Positions 1-12,770 of a DNA stretch of 64,000 bases are shown in pieces. Made by a program: the position numbers and the translations under genes. Origin of the DNA: Eledone cirrhosa (taxonomy: Eukaryota); contig OZ024747.1 in the NCBI GenBank assembly GCA_964016885.1, positions 53,878,001 to 53,942,000 of the forward strand. The letters are read 5' to 3'. The notes beneath the pieces are model-generated. The model was not told where the DNA came from and made no database searches. It was given only the letters and a program-made list of their open reading frames with translations. Position 1 is the first letter of the stretch. Every line of letters starts with the position of its first letter.

Positions 1-60
1 TTACAAATTTGTTGTAGAACTCTCTCTCTCTCTGTATATATGTTGACATATATATGTATC

Positions 61-91
<31 letters not shown>

Positions 92-217
92 TAGGGTAAA
101 TATTGATGCAATTCAATTCAAGCACTCAACGTACTTTTTCCACATAGGAGTGACGGAGTAAATATCGAGTAAGGAAAAGCGAAGTAGTTTCAGATGTTCA
201 AGTCCTTTAATAATAAT

Positions 218-291
218 GCTGTGATATATATTTCAGTGACGACACTGGCCACACTGTTCTGTGTGCGAGTGTCGTGTCATCATCAGACAGC
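218..291 (-). ncRNA. Type I hammerhead ribozyme motif
   Basis: Reverse complement reads GCTGT CTGATGA tgacacgacact...agtgtcgtcact GAAA TATATA TC ACAGC; stem I GCTGT/ACAGC; palindromic stem III. Confidence 0.85.
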
Positions 292-426
292 TTGTTACAT
301 AAGAAGGTTATGTTTCCGAGGCAATCCAAATTGGATCAACATGGGAACGGATGAATTGCGTGTTTTTGGGTTTTTCATCCGATCCAATTTGGATTGCCTC
401 GGAAACATAACCTTCTTATGTAACAA

Positions 427-500
427 GCTGTCTGATGATGGCACGACACTCGCACACAGAACAGTGTGGCCAGTGTCCTCACTGAAATATATATCACAGC
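427..500 (+). ncRNA. Type I hammerhead ribozyme motif
   Basis: GCTGT CTGATGA (432-438), stem II, GAAA (484-487) TATATA TC ACAGC; predicted cleavage after AUC at 495. Confidence 0.85.
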
Positions 501-547
501 ATTATTATTAAAGGACTTGAACATCTGAAACTACTTCGCTTTTCCTT

Positions 548-580
<33 letters not shown>

Positions 581-588
<8 letters not shown>

Positions 589-1068
589 AAGAATTAGAAA
601 TAGAAGTTAGGAATATCCATCATCAGTTGTCTACTAGGCATTATAGGTATTTCTTCGCATTACAGACAATGTATCTCCACCTAGGGCGATACAATAACTA
701 AAATAAATTATTGGGATAAAAAGAGTTGGGTGGAGAAAGAGAAAGAGGGGCGAATTTTGATGAGGCGAACAAAGACACATCTTAACCGTACAGATGTGAG
801 AGAGAAGAAAGACCACGTACAATGGAGGAAGTGAGAGAGAGGGTGAGTAGCAGAGAGTGAGTGAGTGAATGTGCGAGGAAGAGGCTAGCTGAAAGAGGGC
901 GACTAGCAGAGAGGGTGACTGAAAGTAAGAGAGAGAAGGTGGAGAGAGAGAAAAAGGATAGCTGAAAGGGAAGAGAAAAAAGACAGGTCACAGCGAAGGC
1001 GAAAGCATATATGAATAAAAAATGGCCAGCTGTGTTGTTGCAATTAAGTATAAAAAAATGAAGAATAT
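581..1068. mobile_element. TA-embedded repeat family C; unit bounded by a direct repeat AAAATGAAGAAT
   Basis: 581-745 and 1011-1068 both match parts of 53027-53235, in permuted order. Confidence 0.7.
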
Positions 1069-1080
1069 ATATATTTATAT

Positions 1081-1392
1081 AATTGAATATAAAAGAGACA
1101 TATATGTGTTCAAATCATAAGGGACCAGAATCGTCTGGGTGTCTGACAGTTGTCGCAATTTCGGTTTGTATCTCTTTTCTTAATTTATTATTTTAAATTG
1201 AGTCTGGCAAACCCTAATGTCCATAGTTAGTATTTTTTTCACCCTGGCGAATCTGGTCCCTTATGATTTGAACACATATATGTATATATCTCTGTTTATC
1301 TCTCTTTTATATTCAATTATAATACACGGTCTGGAAAAGTTTCTTTCCTTGAGCTATTTAATTGTAAAAGACTATTTTGAGTTTCTAACTCA
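1081..1392. mobile_element. Foldback fragment of family H2 (hammerhead not retained)
   Basis: 1081-1141 is inverted relative to about 1240-1322; homologous to 59671-59900 and 60360-60480. Confidence 0.75.
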
Positions 1393-1403
1393 ATATATAC
1401 TTT

Positions 1404-1442
<39 letters not shown>

Positions 1443-1446
<4 letters not shown>

Positions 1447-1695
1447 GAGGTTATTAATTTGTTGGGATTCAACAAGCTTAAACATTTTTTTATAACTGAT
1501 ATAAAGCACTATCCAGGTAGCTCCAACCGTTAAGGTTGTCTTTTTTTTCCGGGTATGTCAATATTTATTTATAAAACAAATCTGTATTTTATCTGATGAA
1601 AGCGCACCATAATTTGCCTTGGTTGCCCTTGAAATATATATAATAAAATAAATATGGTTTTATAAATATAGTTTCCATTTATTAATATATTGAAT
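1443..1695 (+). mobile_element. Family A module: inverted 3' tail joined to a forward hammerhead segment
   Basis: 1443-1510 resembles 39661-39727; 1525-1695 resembles 39938-40090. Confidence 0.75.
1585..1650 (+). ncRNA. Type I hammerhead ribozyme motif
   Basis: TATTTTAT CTGATGA aagcgcacc...ggttgccctt GAAA TATATA TA ATAAAATA; perfect 8-bp stem I. Confidence 0.85.
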
Positions 1696-1725
1696 ATATA
1701 TATATATATATATATATGGGGGGTG

Positions 1726-1770
1726 GGGATCCTGATGATTTCCTTCAAATGAAACAGTTCTAGTCCTATA
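1726..1770 (+). ncRNA. Truncated hammerhead motif (family D)
   Basis: CTGATGA tttccttcaaat GAAA cagttctagtcct; same family as 13798-13850, but the 3' strand of stem I is lost to TA. Confidence 0.6.
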
Positions 1771-1813
1771 TATATATATATATAAATAAAATAGATGTTC
1801 TTTTGATCAATTA

Positions 1814-1868
1814 CATTTTATTATACATGTTTCGGATGTACAACAGTACGTTCTCACCAGACAAAATA
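1814..1868 (-). ncRNA. Degenerate hammerhead motif at the PLE 3' end
   Basis: TATTTTGT CTGGTGA gaacgtactgttgtacatcc GAAA catgta TA ATAAAATG; core A-to-G change and imperfect stem III. Confidence 0.6.
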
Positions 1869-3213
1869 TAATGATACATGACATACCCTGGGATGTTAAA
1901 TGGTTAAGATTTAATCAAGGTAGTGATTAACCTAAGAGAAAATTTAACATTTATACCCTAATAATGAGAAAATGCGAAAACGTAATAAATTCAATAGAGA
2001 ATGCGTGAGTAAGAAACACATTGCTTAATGTACCAGTTATCTAGATTTTAATATGTATGATACTACAATTCATCTAGGAAAGCATTTCATGAATTATAAC
2101 AGTCAGTGAGAGAGAGGGGGAAAGATGAGGGGGTAATGTATGCAGAAGGAGATTTTTCCCGAAAGTGAAACGGTTAAGTTTGAAAATATTTAATTTATGT
2201 TATCTTAGGGCGAAGAATCAATATTTTAGTTTTTTTTTTTTTTAAATTGGTGGTTATTTATATATTAGTTTTGTAAATTTTATAAGTGTGTTAACACTTC
2301 TAAGCTTCAGAATTTTTTGATGATAAGATTTAAAGGATTTAGCTGGCCATTATTAAGGAAAGTTTACACTGTTGAATATTTTCCTAAATGTAATCTTTAA
2401 TGAATTTAGTCATTGTCAACGTATTAGGTATGTAAATCTTTAATGAAAATAAAATAAAAATAATAGATTGAGGCATGTTAAAATTAAATATATACCCATA
2501 TATAACTGTGTGTAAATGTATTAATTATTCTTAGCTCAAAGTAAAAACAATCAAAAAATTTAGAAGTTAACTGAAAATTATGTATAGAAAGATAGAGAGA
2601 GTTATATTGTATTAGGTAATAGTGATACAGTATACTTTAGGTAAATGATAACGGTTATAATTTTATATAATAAAGTTCTACGTGTTAAAGTTAAATACAT
2701 ATATATATATAAGAAAAACAATAATAAATGCATGGCTAATTCATAGTTCAAAATAATGTTTATAATAATTTGTAATTTGGATTTTTGTTCTATATTTGAA
2801 TCATGGATATAATGCGGTAGGTATACTTAAAAACATAGAAAATATAATTACATACATATTATAAATAAGAGATCAGAAACGCATGAAAAATTCACAGTTA
2901 TAAATAAGTTCATTAAAGATGTAAGAGTTGGATATAAAACTCAGATTTAAAAATTAAGTAGGAAGATAAGGATAGATAAATAAAGAAATAATGATATGGA
3001 TCAAAATCGATAGAATAATGTCATGTGTATCAATGTTCCAGCATGTTATTGAACAAGTGTCTTTCATTCGAGCGTTATTTCTTCTATAGATAGTTATAAG
3101 ATAGTGCAATATTAAAGGCCGCTAAATTTTTCGCCTGTTGATTTTAAACGTCTGACAACCAAGTTTTTAATGGTTTAATGTTTCTCTCTCTCTTTTTCGC
3201 GTTTTGTGGGAGG

Positions 3214-4006
3214 CTAAGAATGTGGACGTAGCTTTATGGAGGCAACTAGAGAATAATTCTCTTTTTTGTTAATTAGGGTCTCGTAGTTATTAATAACCAT
3301 CAGGGTCTCCATTGTACAGAGTGCACAGTTATTTGATATACTAGAGTTGTGGTAAACTCCACAGTTCCGAAGTTTTGTCCAAAGAATGGAGTATTTTAAA
3401 TTCTTCTCTTTTAATACCATATGAGCTGTGAGAAAGACGTAGATGATTTCTTCTTTGAGTTCGAGAATGAGCATTTATGGTTCGCAAATCTGGCTTTAAA
3501 AGTGGAAGAAGTCTATCCTATGTAGTTGTATGTATTGTGATCAGTTTTTACGGTGCATTTATAAACCAAATTACTATCTAAATAATTATTTTGCAAAGGG
3601 CAATCAGTTTTATTTCTACAATTACATTTAGGTTTAGTATCATTTATGTTAACTCTATTATTAATATCATTATGTTGGTTTTGTTTAAGGATTTTAGTGT
3701 TTAATTTGGCGATGTTTTGGGCCATGTTACTGGTTGTAGAATACGAGAATTTAATGGTATGTCTATTGAAAATGGAATGGTATTTATGTTGAGTAGGGAA
3801 AGAGGTGTCAAGAACTTTAAAGAATAATTTTGCGATTGGTGTTTTAACTGCGACAGAAGCAGGGGGGGGGGGGGGGCAAACCATATGACTGGTTTAGTTC
3901 TAGTTCTTATCCTCGATTTATTTGGCGTATGGGTGTTTGAATTGTTATTATTTTTATTAAGATTAATACTTGGATTATTATTATCTACATATTCTATGTT
4001 ATTCAT
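3214..4006 (-). pseudogene. PLE linker, Cys motif and GIY-YIG endonuclease, disrupted
   Basis: RTKPVIWFAPP / LFFKVLDTSFP..KYHSIFNRHTIKFSYS / CNCRNKTDCPL / LVYKC..YIG*TSSTFKARFANHK / CALCTME; frameshift at the poly-G near 3862-3876 and a stop at 3513. Confidence 0.9.
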
Positions 4007-4191
4007 ATATCCTACTCTTCTTAATAACTCCGGAAAATTATTTTTCCGTAGAGTGCTTACAATCTACTGTAAATCTCATTCTTTGATATACTCATTGAAT
4101 TTTGTTTAACTCTTCAATATATATATATATATATATAATTATAATGAAATGACAGGAGGCTGGATTTGTGTAAATCCTTGAAAGGTTTATT

Positions 4192-4249
4192 ATACTATGA
4201 TCATTTCAATGACCGGGTTCCGTATGAATCCGGTGATATCATCAGGTAT
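4192..4249 (-). ncRNA. Type I hammerhead ribozyme motif (family E module, about 4136-4295)
   Basis: ATAC CTGATGA tatcaccgg...ccggtcatt GAAA TGATCA TA GTAT; palindromic stem III ATGATCAT. Confidence 0.8.
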
Positions 4250-4292
4250 TCGAAATATAATAAGTGAATATAATAGTGGTGAACCTCAAACC

Positions 4293-4371
<79 letters not shown>

Positions 4372-4446
4372 GCACACATATATGTACATTTATACAGTAC
4401 AAGTGCATCCCCTTCACTATATATTCGTTAGTAACATATGTATATC

Positions 4447-4655
4447 TCTTATAATGGAGGAGTTGTGCTAAGGAACCAGATGGACCATAACGCACCAAAG
4501 TACTCAATACATGGGGTAGTAGAGTGGGTAATAGGAGCAAGTATGACCCCGACGGCAGAGCTCAAGCCGTTTCGACGGCTATTTCTGGGCTAAAGTAAGA
4601 GTTTTATATATATAGCTCTGCCGTTGGGGTCATACTTTCTCCTATTTTCTCTTAT
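4447..4655. mobile_element. Family B foldback carrying the 3' half of a hammerhead
   Basis: agtatgaccccgacggcagagct ... agctctgccgttggggtcatact; other copies at 25968, 28895, 40133 and 55734. Confidence 0.8.
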
Positions 4656-5057
4656 ATATAAAAAGCAATATCAAAATTTGGTGGTGATAGTAGTAGTAGT
4701 AGTAGTTGTTCTTGTTCTTGTTGTTGTGGTGGTGGTTGTAGTGGTGGTGGTCGTCGTCATTGTCGTTGTCATAGTGATAGTGGTGGTGGTGGTGGTGGTA
4801 GTATTAGTCGTAGTAAACATTGGCAGTAATTCTTGCCATGGTCAACATTAATTTTTCTCATTACATGGCTGCTAAATAAAGTACCAATACCAGTCCAGAG
4901 TCAATGGATCAGTGGAGTATTGCAACATTGTGTTATTTGTTCCTGCTGTTTGCTTCCCGAGTTCAAATAACGTGTCATTCTACCAGAACAGAAGTAATAA
5001 TCTATCAGCTGTTGTGGGAGTTTTATCATATCAGCAATGGTAAACCAATAGATATAT

Positions 5058-5600
5058 TGCATTCATGAGTTTTATATTGAATAATAATCATATTTCATTC
5101 AGTTGCAAGAAAACAGCCTCATTAAGCTATGTATTTTTACATGACCACCACCATTATTTTGTTCTAGAGAAGAGAGATACACAATCTTGACAAATGGCAA
5201 TAATCGAGCAAAAATATTATTGTCCATAATTTCTCTCTGTCACCGTTAGAACAAAAATATGGCAATGGTCACTAAAAAAAAACATAGCATAACGAGGCTG
5301 TTTGCTTGCAAACGAATAAAACTTTATCATTATTCAATATAACACGGGCGGTGGATTGGCAGTATCGGTAGAGGGTCGGACGCCATGCTTTCCAGCATAG
5401 TTACGTCCCTTTACGGTCTGAGTTCAAATCCCGCCGAGGTTCACTTTACCTTTCATCCTTACGGGGTCGATAAAATAAAGTACCAGTAATGCACTGGGTA
5501 ATTGATGGCCTTGTGCCTAAAGTAGAAACAATTATTCAATATAAAACCCACAAATGCATTTACGTATCCGCTATGTTAGAGCGAAAAACTAAATTCTAAT
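5058..5600. mobile_element. MITE/foldback with imperfect TIRs of about 110 bp, interrupted by a SINE
   Basis: 5058-5166 is inverted relative to 5247-5342 plus 5545-5558; related ends occur at 51409-51714. Confidence 0.65.
5347..5533 (+). mobile_element. tRNA-derived SINE family 1
   Basis: A box tggcagtatcggt, B box gagttcaaatcc, central cctttcatccttacggggtcgataaaataaagtacc; TSD-like attattcaatataa. Confidence 0.9.
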
Positions 5601-5960
5601 AGATATATTGTTTCCTTGATTAGCATTGTACAAACACGGTGTGATTCAGAATAAAGCTATATAGAGAGCTTTACATTCAATATGTTAATGTATATGAAAC
5701 AAACATTTATTGGTTTTGAGTATTTTAGGCTATGACCACAGTTTAAAATACTTACAGCAAGAATAAATGTTTGTTTGTTATCTTCATAAACATATTGAAT
5801 GTGACAATATATATAGTTTGCTGTAGTTCCCTTGGTCTTATTAGAAAGTTTGGCTTCTCTCTTTTCTTTGTAGCATCAGAAGTGATAATAATGGTAGTAC
5901 AAAGAATAGTTGTAGTAACAGTAGTAGTGGTATTATTATCATTAATATCATTAATATTAA

Positions 5961-6023
<63 letters not shown>

Positions 6024-6546
6024 CAGTAGTAGTAGTAGTAGTAGTAACAACAACAATAGTAGTAGTAAAATTTCTTTATTATTGTAAATATACTTTATAC
6101 AGAAATGATTTATAATAATATAATTTGTACAAATAATATAATATAATAGCTTTCAAAACATGATATTTTCTTGAAGTTTATATTATTGTATATTCAGAGA
6201 TTATACTTATAGATATCTAAATCTGCAACAAGAGAGAGAGAAAAATATCAACAACAAAATCTAAGGTATTAACACTAATAGTATGACTAACAGTTATTGA
6301 ATACATATCAAGAATTTCTTTGCAAACTAATCTAAAAGAAACCTTTTGAATTCACGAGCTCTCAGCTCTATTTTTCAGTGGAGAATATATATTCTTAGAG
6401 TTGAATATATAGGGCGAAAATATTGGTTCTTTCCCACCCTTGACAAAAATGGTTGGTTATTTATACCCAAAGGAACATTACTAAACATGTTTGATAAGGA
6501 AGCCAAAGAGAGTATGTATACATACATACATTTATACATACATTCA

Positions 6547-6590
<44 letters not shown>

Positions 6591-6767
6591 CACCAGTTAT
6601 ATATGTTTATATATGTATTAATTTCTATACATGTATTTGCCAATTTAACATTGAGAAACTTCTTCAAAATCCTCCATATAACAACTTTTCAATTATGTCT
6701 TACTTTTGTACTTGCTTATATATTCTGTTTTGTTTTCTTTCTATTTTCTTCCAGGTCGTTTCAAAGT

Positions 6768-6839
<72 letters not shown>

Positions 6840-7074
6840 ATGTATATATATATATATGTGTATATGTATAAAATATATATTTATATATATATATATATGC
6901 TTATATGAATACATGTATTCATATAAGCATATATATATATATAAATATATATTTTATACATATACACATATATATATATATACACACACATATATATTAT
7001 ATATATATTTATATATATATATATATATGCTTAAATGAATACATACATAGATACATATAATACATATATATATA

Positions 7075-7143
<69 letters not shown>

Positions 7144-7151
7144 TTAAATGA

Positions 7152-7234
<83 letters not shown>

Positions 7235-7842
7235 TAATGCCATGCCACATACAAATAAAGCAGTTAAACTTTGTATTATTTTATAAACCATTGCTAGGAG
7301 AGAATGGAAGATGTAAAGAAAGCAAGACAGGGAGAAAGAGAAAGATAAAGATACAGAGAGAGGGAGAAAGAGAAAGATAGAGTGAGAAGATAGAGAGAGA
7401 AAGAGTAATAGATAGTGAGTGAGTGAAATAAGAGAAAGAAAGAGTGTATAGAAGAAAAAAATGTTCCCTTGAAAGAAAATATAGGAAAATACAAAATAAA
7501 TGACCATTTCCAGGAAACAGGATGCACCATAGCAACCTACTAGTGTGTGTTTGATGTGGTCTTAATTTAAAATGAACAGAACTATTATTACTCATGTTGT
7601 CCTTGGAATCGCTGATACATATGTTTAAATAAACAATTGACATATCATCATTGCTGGTACAACAAACATGCTTTCTTATATGCATGTGTTGCACGTGTTG
7701 TACGTAAGTAAATATATCTACATGTGTATATATATATATATATGGATCTATGTAGATATATAGTTCTGTGTGTATTATGTGTGGAAGGATATATGTATGT
7801 ATACACCCACACACACAAACATATATATATATACACACACAC

Positions 7843-7874
<32 letters not shown>

Positions 7875-8028
7875 GTATGCATATTGTATATATGTATATG
7901 TGTATATGTATATATGTATATGAATATGTATATATGTATATAAGTATATATATATATATATTTATATATTTATATATGTATGTATATATGTATATATGTG
8001 TATATGTATATATGTATATATGTTTATG

Positions 8029-8059
<31 letters not shown>

Positions 8060-8088
8060 ATATATATATTTGTATATGTATATATGTG

Positions 8089-8158
<70 letters not shown>

Positions 8159-8362
8159 CGTGTATATATAACCCATGCTAGCGTGGAAAATGGACGTTAA
8201 ACGAAGATGATGATGATGATGATATATATATTCGTATATATACATGTGTAAGTTATAAGAGCGGGTTCATGAAAAAACATTAATGAATGCACTGTACACT
8301 TTCAGCCACACACATATATACACTCTATTACTCCCACACACTCCCATTATTATCATCATGAT

Positions 8363-8553
8363 GGCGGTGGATTGGCAGCATCGGTAGAGGGTTGGTCACC
8401 ATGCTTTGATGCATAGAGTTACGGCCCTTGCCATTCTGAGTTCAAATCCCGCCGAGGTTAAATTTGCCTTTCATCCTTATTGGGTCGATAAAATAAAGTA
8501 CCAGTAATACACTGTGTAATTTGCTGGCCTTGTGCCAAAAGTAGAAACAATTA
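8363..8553 (+). mobile_element. SINE family 1
   Basis: Full-length match to 5347-5533. Confidence 0.9.
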
Positions 8554-9002
8554 TTATTAACATGATGCATTTTTATCAACAACACTCTTCTTTTTCTTCT
8601 TCTTCTTGCTGCTTTCTGTTGTTGCTGTTGTTGTTGTTAAATATTTACTTGTTTATTCAATTTCATTTGAACTGCCCCTCCCCCACACATACTACAACAC
8701 TCCCCCCTCCCCCCGCCCACTATACAACCCCTCCCCCCTCACATGCAGCACCACCCATCTCTCCAAGTTACTCAAATATTTCATTTCATTTTTTTTTGTC
8801 TTACTCCCCCCCCCCCCCCGCCATACCTATACCTACCACACATTTTTCCTTTTCTCTTATATTTTTGCGATATTATTCACTACATATTTTCACACATCTA
8901 TGTTGTGTACAATATAAAGATAAAACAAATTATAAATATATTCCTATTAGATCCATGAATATATGTATATATATATATATAGATATATATACACACACAC
9001 AT

Positions 9003-9044
<42 letters not shown>

Positions 9045-9101
9045 GTATATACATATACACTCACACACATATATATATATATATATACATGCATATATAT
9101 A

Positions 9102-9174
<73 letters not shown>

Positions 9175-9177
9175 TAT

Positions 9178-9227
<50 letters not shown>

Positions 9228-9280
9228 GTATATACATATACACTCACACACATATATATATATATACATGCATATATATA

Positions 9281-9327
<47 letters not shown>

Positions 9328-9623
9328 CATACATATGTATATGTATTGTGTATTTATATCTATATAGTATACGTATATAATATATATGTATGTGTATGTG
9401 TGTTTATGCATACATATAAGTATGGGTGTGAGAGTGTGTGTGTGTGCGTGCATGCATGTGTTTATGTGCATTATATCATTATATATATATTTTTTTTTCA
9501 ATAGTGAAGTGTTCATTTCTTTTCCTTAGATCTCCATTTGTATGGGATTTTAACAAAAAGGAAATTATAGAAGAAAATAATTTAAAGAAAAATCTTCAAA
9601 TAAACATGGATATATATATAAAT

Positions 9624-9655
<32 letters not shown>

Positions 9656-10180
9656 TACATACATACATACATATATATATGCAAATAAATAGTATGAAAA
9701 TAAAATAAAATTAAAAACAAATTATTTTTCTACCACAGAATAAAAGTAAAATGTATAGTAGTGTTCCAGTGTTTATATAGTGTACAGTTCAAAATTAAAT
9801 AAATATATATATATATATATACATAAAGAAAGCTTATATTTCTTTTATTTACTACCAAAAATATCTTGAATTGATTTCATGTCTTTGTTGATCTCATAAA
9901 TTTTGTACTCAACCATTTGTCTTGAATTTTTTAGAAGTCATATATCATCAGCATTGTCATAATCATTTTCATGATCATAATCATCATAGTCATCGTTGTG
10001 GTCGGAATATTATTGTATAAAGCTATGCTATTCATTTGCTTGTTGATATGATAAATAATGTAAGGAATAATGAAGGCTGCTAAGAAGATTAAGATAATGT
10101 TTGTTCAAAACACAATTGGATTTACTAACTACCTACATGGAATTTCTTATTAATGATCCCTAGGTAACTATTTACCTTCT

Positions 10181-10705
10181 TCATGTTTGTCCACTTGTTC
10201 CTGAGAGGGTCGTGGGGGTAAGAATCCTTAAACACTCCTTCCAGCAGGTCCTGTCAGAAGCAACCATCTCTAACTGATCCAACTGGATCCTCAATTGAGA
10301 CCAGCTAATCTCGTAGATATTATCACAATGTGATAAAAGCCAACCTTGCCCAATTGCACCTCTCAAAAGCATCACTGAGATCTCTGGTGATACACAATAA
10401 TACAGAAGACTCGACTTCCCACGAGCACAAGCCGAAGCATATATACAGTATGCCCTAACCTACCCTCGCATACACCCCCATGAGAACAGTCCAAAGTAAA
10501 TACATCCAGTGAAGCCCCCTGCCCTCAATGTAGAGTGGCCAGGTAAAAGACATGGCAAAAAGCACCCAGCACACACTGTAAATGTGGTTGGCGCTAGGAA
10601 GGGCATCCAGCCATGGAAAATCAGCCAGAAACAGTCCTATATGAGCAAGACAAACCCATCTAACCCATACTAGCATGGAAGATGGATGTTAAACGATGAT
10701 AATGA
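10181..10705. mobile_element. Decayed LINE 3' fragments (minus-strand piece followed by a plus-strand RTE 3' end)
   Basis: LEMVASDRTCWKE on minus; tail taggaagggcatccagc...gcatggaagatggatgttaaacgatgat on plus. Confidence 0.7.
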
Positions 10706-10716
10706 TATATATATAT

Positions 10717-10832
10717 AATTGTTTCTACTTTTGGCACAAGGCCATAATTACCCAGTGCATTACTGGTACTTTATTTTATCGACCCCATAAGGATGAAAGG
10801 CAAATTTAACCTCGGCGGGATTTGAACTCAGA
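10717..10832 (-). mobile_element. SINE family 1, 5'-truncated
   Basis: Reverse complement of the B box to tail segment. Confidence 0.85.
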
Positions 10833-11399
10833 TCATGATATATATATGATGATATTATGTCGATAGTTCATCAGACTTGTGAATAGATCCACAAGTATGA
10901 TGGTAATTCCTAGCATCTCGGGCCATGCATCCAACATTCAACTAACTCCTCCCAGTGCACCACCCACAAACGATACCTCATATACGTGTCTGATTCTCCA
11001 ATGATTCCTGATTTCTTTCTTCAGCTCTTGGTATCTCTCACTTTTCTCAATTTCCTTTTCATTCCCCCTTGGTCCCACGGGGAAGCAATATTCACAATAC
11101 ATGCCTTGTTGTTCATCCTCTCTATGACAACAATGTCCGACTTTCTAGCCCCGATAAAATGGTCACAGTGGATTATTATTCCAATTAACATTCTGGTTAT
11201 TAAAGATACCGACTACGGTATAACATTAACCAGAGAATACCACATTGGACACAACAATCCAACAATGTATTTTTATTGTTGTGGAGTGAGAAACTCCTAG
11301 TTTTTAATAAGACATGTCTCTAGGAGAAGGTTACTCTTATATAAAACCTCTGACTTTATTTGCATCCAATGATGTAAACCAGTTCTTTTGGGGCAAATG

Positions 11400-12770
11400 C
11401 ATGTATACACACTAACACCCATGTATACACACTAATATCCATGTATACACACTAACACCCATGTATACACACTAACACCCATGTATACACACTAACACCC
11501 ATGTATACACACTAACACCCATGTATACACACTAACACCCATGTATACACACTAATATCCATGTATACACACTAACACTACCATGTATACACACACCCAT
11601 GTATACACACTAATATCCATGTATACACACTCACAACCATGTATACACACTAATATCCATGTATACACACTTACACCCATGTATACACACTAAGACCCAT
11701 GTATACACACTAACACCCATGTATACACACTAATATCCATGTATACACACTCACTACCATGTATACACACTAACACTCATGTATACACACTAATATCCAT
11801 GTATACACACTAACACTACCATGTATACACACACCCATGTATACACACTAATATCCATGTATACACACTCACAACCATGTATACACACTAATATCCATGT
11901 ATACACACTTACACCCATGTATACACACTAAGACCCATGTATACACACTAACACCCATGTATACACACTAATATCCATGTATACACACTCACTACCATGT
12001 ATACACACTAACACCCATGTATACACACTAATATCCATGTATACACACTAACACAACCATGTATACACACTAATATCCATGTATACACACTTACACCCAT
12101 GTATACACACTAAGACCCATGTATACACACTAACACCCATGTATACACACTAATACCCATGTATACACACTAATATCCATGTATACACACTAACACCCAT
12201 GTATACACTCTAACACCCATGTATACACACTCACAGCCATGTATACACAATAACACCCATGTATACACACTAACACCCATGTATACACACTAATACCCAT
12301 GTATACACACTAAGACCCATGTATACACACTCACATTCATATATATATAAACATACACATTCATATATATATATATATACACTCACATTCATATATAAAC
12401 ATTCACATTCATAGATATATTTACACTCACATTCATATATACACACTAACATTCAAGTATACACACTAACATCCATGTATATACATGCATATACACTCAC
12501 ATTCATGTATACATGCTAACATTTATGTATATACACTTATATCTATGAATATACACTCACATACATGTATACACACTAACATTCATGCATACACACTAAC
12601 ATTCACGCATACACACTCACATCCATTTATATACACTCACATGCATGTATATGCACTAACATTCATGCATACACATTCACATTTATATATTCTCACTCAC
12701 ATCCATGTATACACACTAACATTCATGCATACACACACATTCACATATACACACTAATATCCAAACATAC
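11400..12770. repeat. 20-bp minisatellite CCATGTATACACACTAACAC, degenerating after about 12340
   Basis: About 46 clean units; the variant block aacactacc recurs at 11574 and 11812. Confidence 0.95.

Larger units (their letters stand above)
91..553. mobile_element. Foldback PLE-type mini-element (family H1) in (TA)n, with one hammerhead per arm
   Basis: Inverted arms at 170-337 and 381-548 differ at about 2 positions; TA runs on both flanks. Confidence 0.85.
1790..4115 (-). mobile_element. 5'-truncated Penelope-like retroelement: GIY-YIG region, about 1.4 kb AT-rich 3' region and terminal hammerhead
   Basis: Protein motifs at 3214-4006 and a same-strand hammerhead-like motif at 1814-1868; TA runs on both flanks. 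Continuity across the AT-rich part is inferred. Confidence 0.75.

Noticed and set aside
91-96. TTAGGG as a telomeric seed
   Set aside because: It is a single hexamer at the end of a module, not an array.
5347-5440. tRNA genes at the SINE heads
   Set aside because: A and B boxes are present, but they continue into SINE bodies with tails and TSDs; I see no intact cloverleaf.
9945-10875. Isolated CTGATGA on the minus strand (about 9945 and 10868)
   Set aside because: No GAAA, stem III or stem I follows, and the 7-mer is expected by chance near (CAT)n-like sequence.
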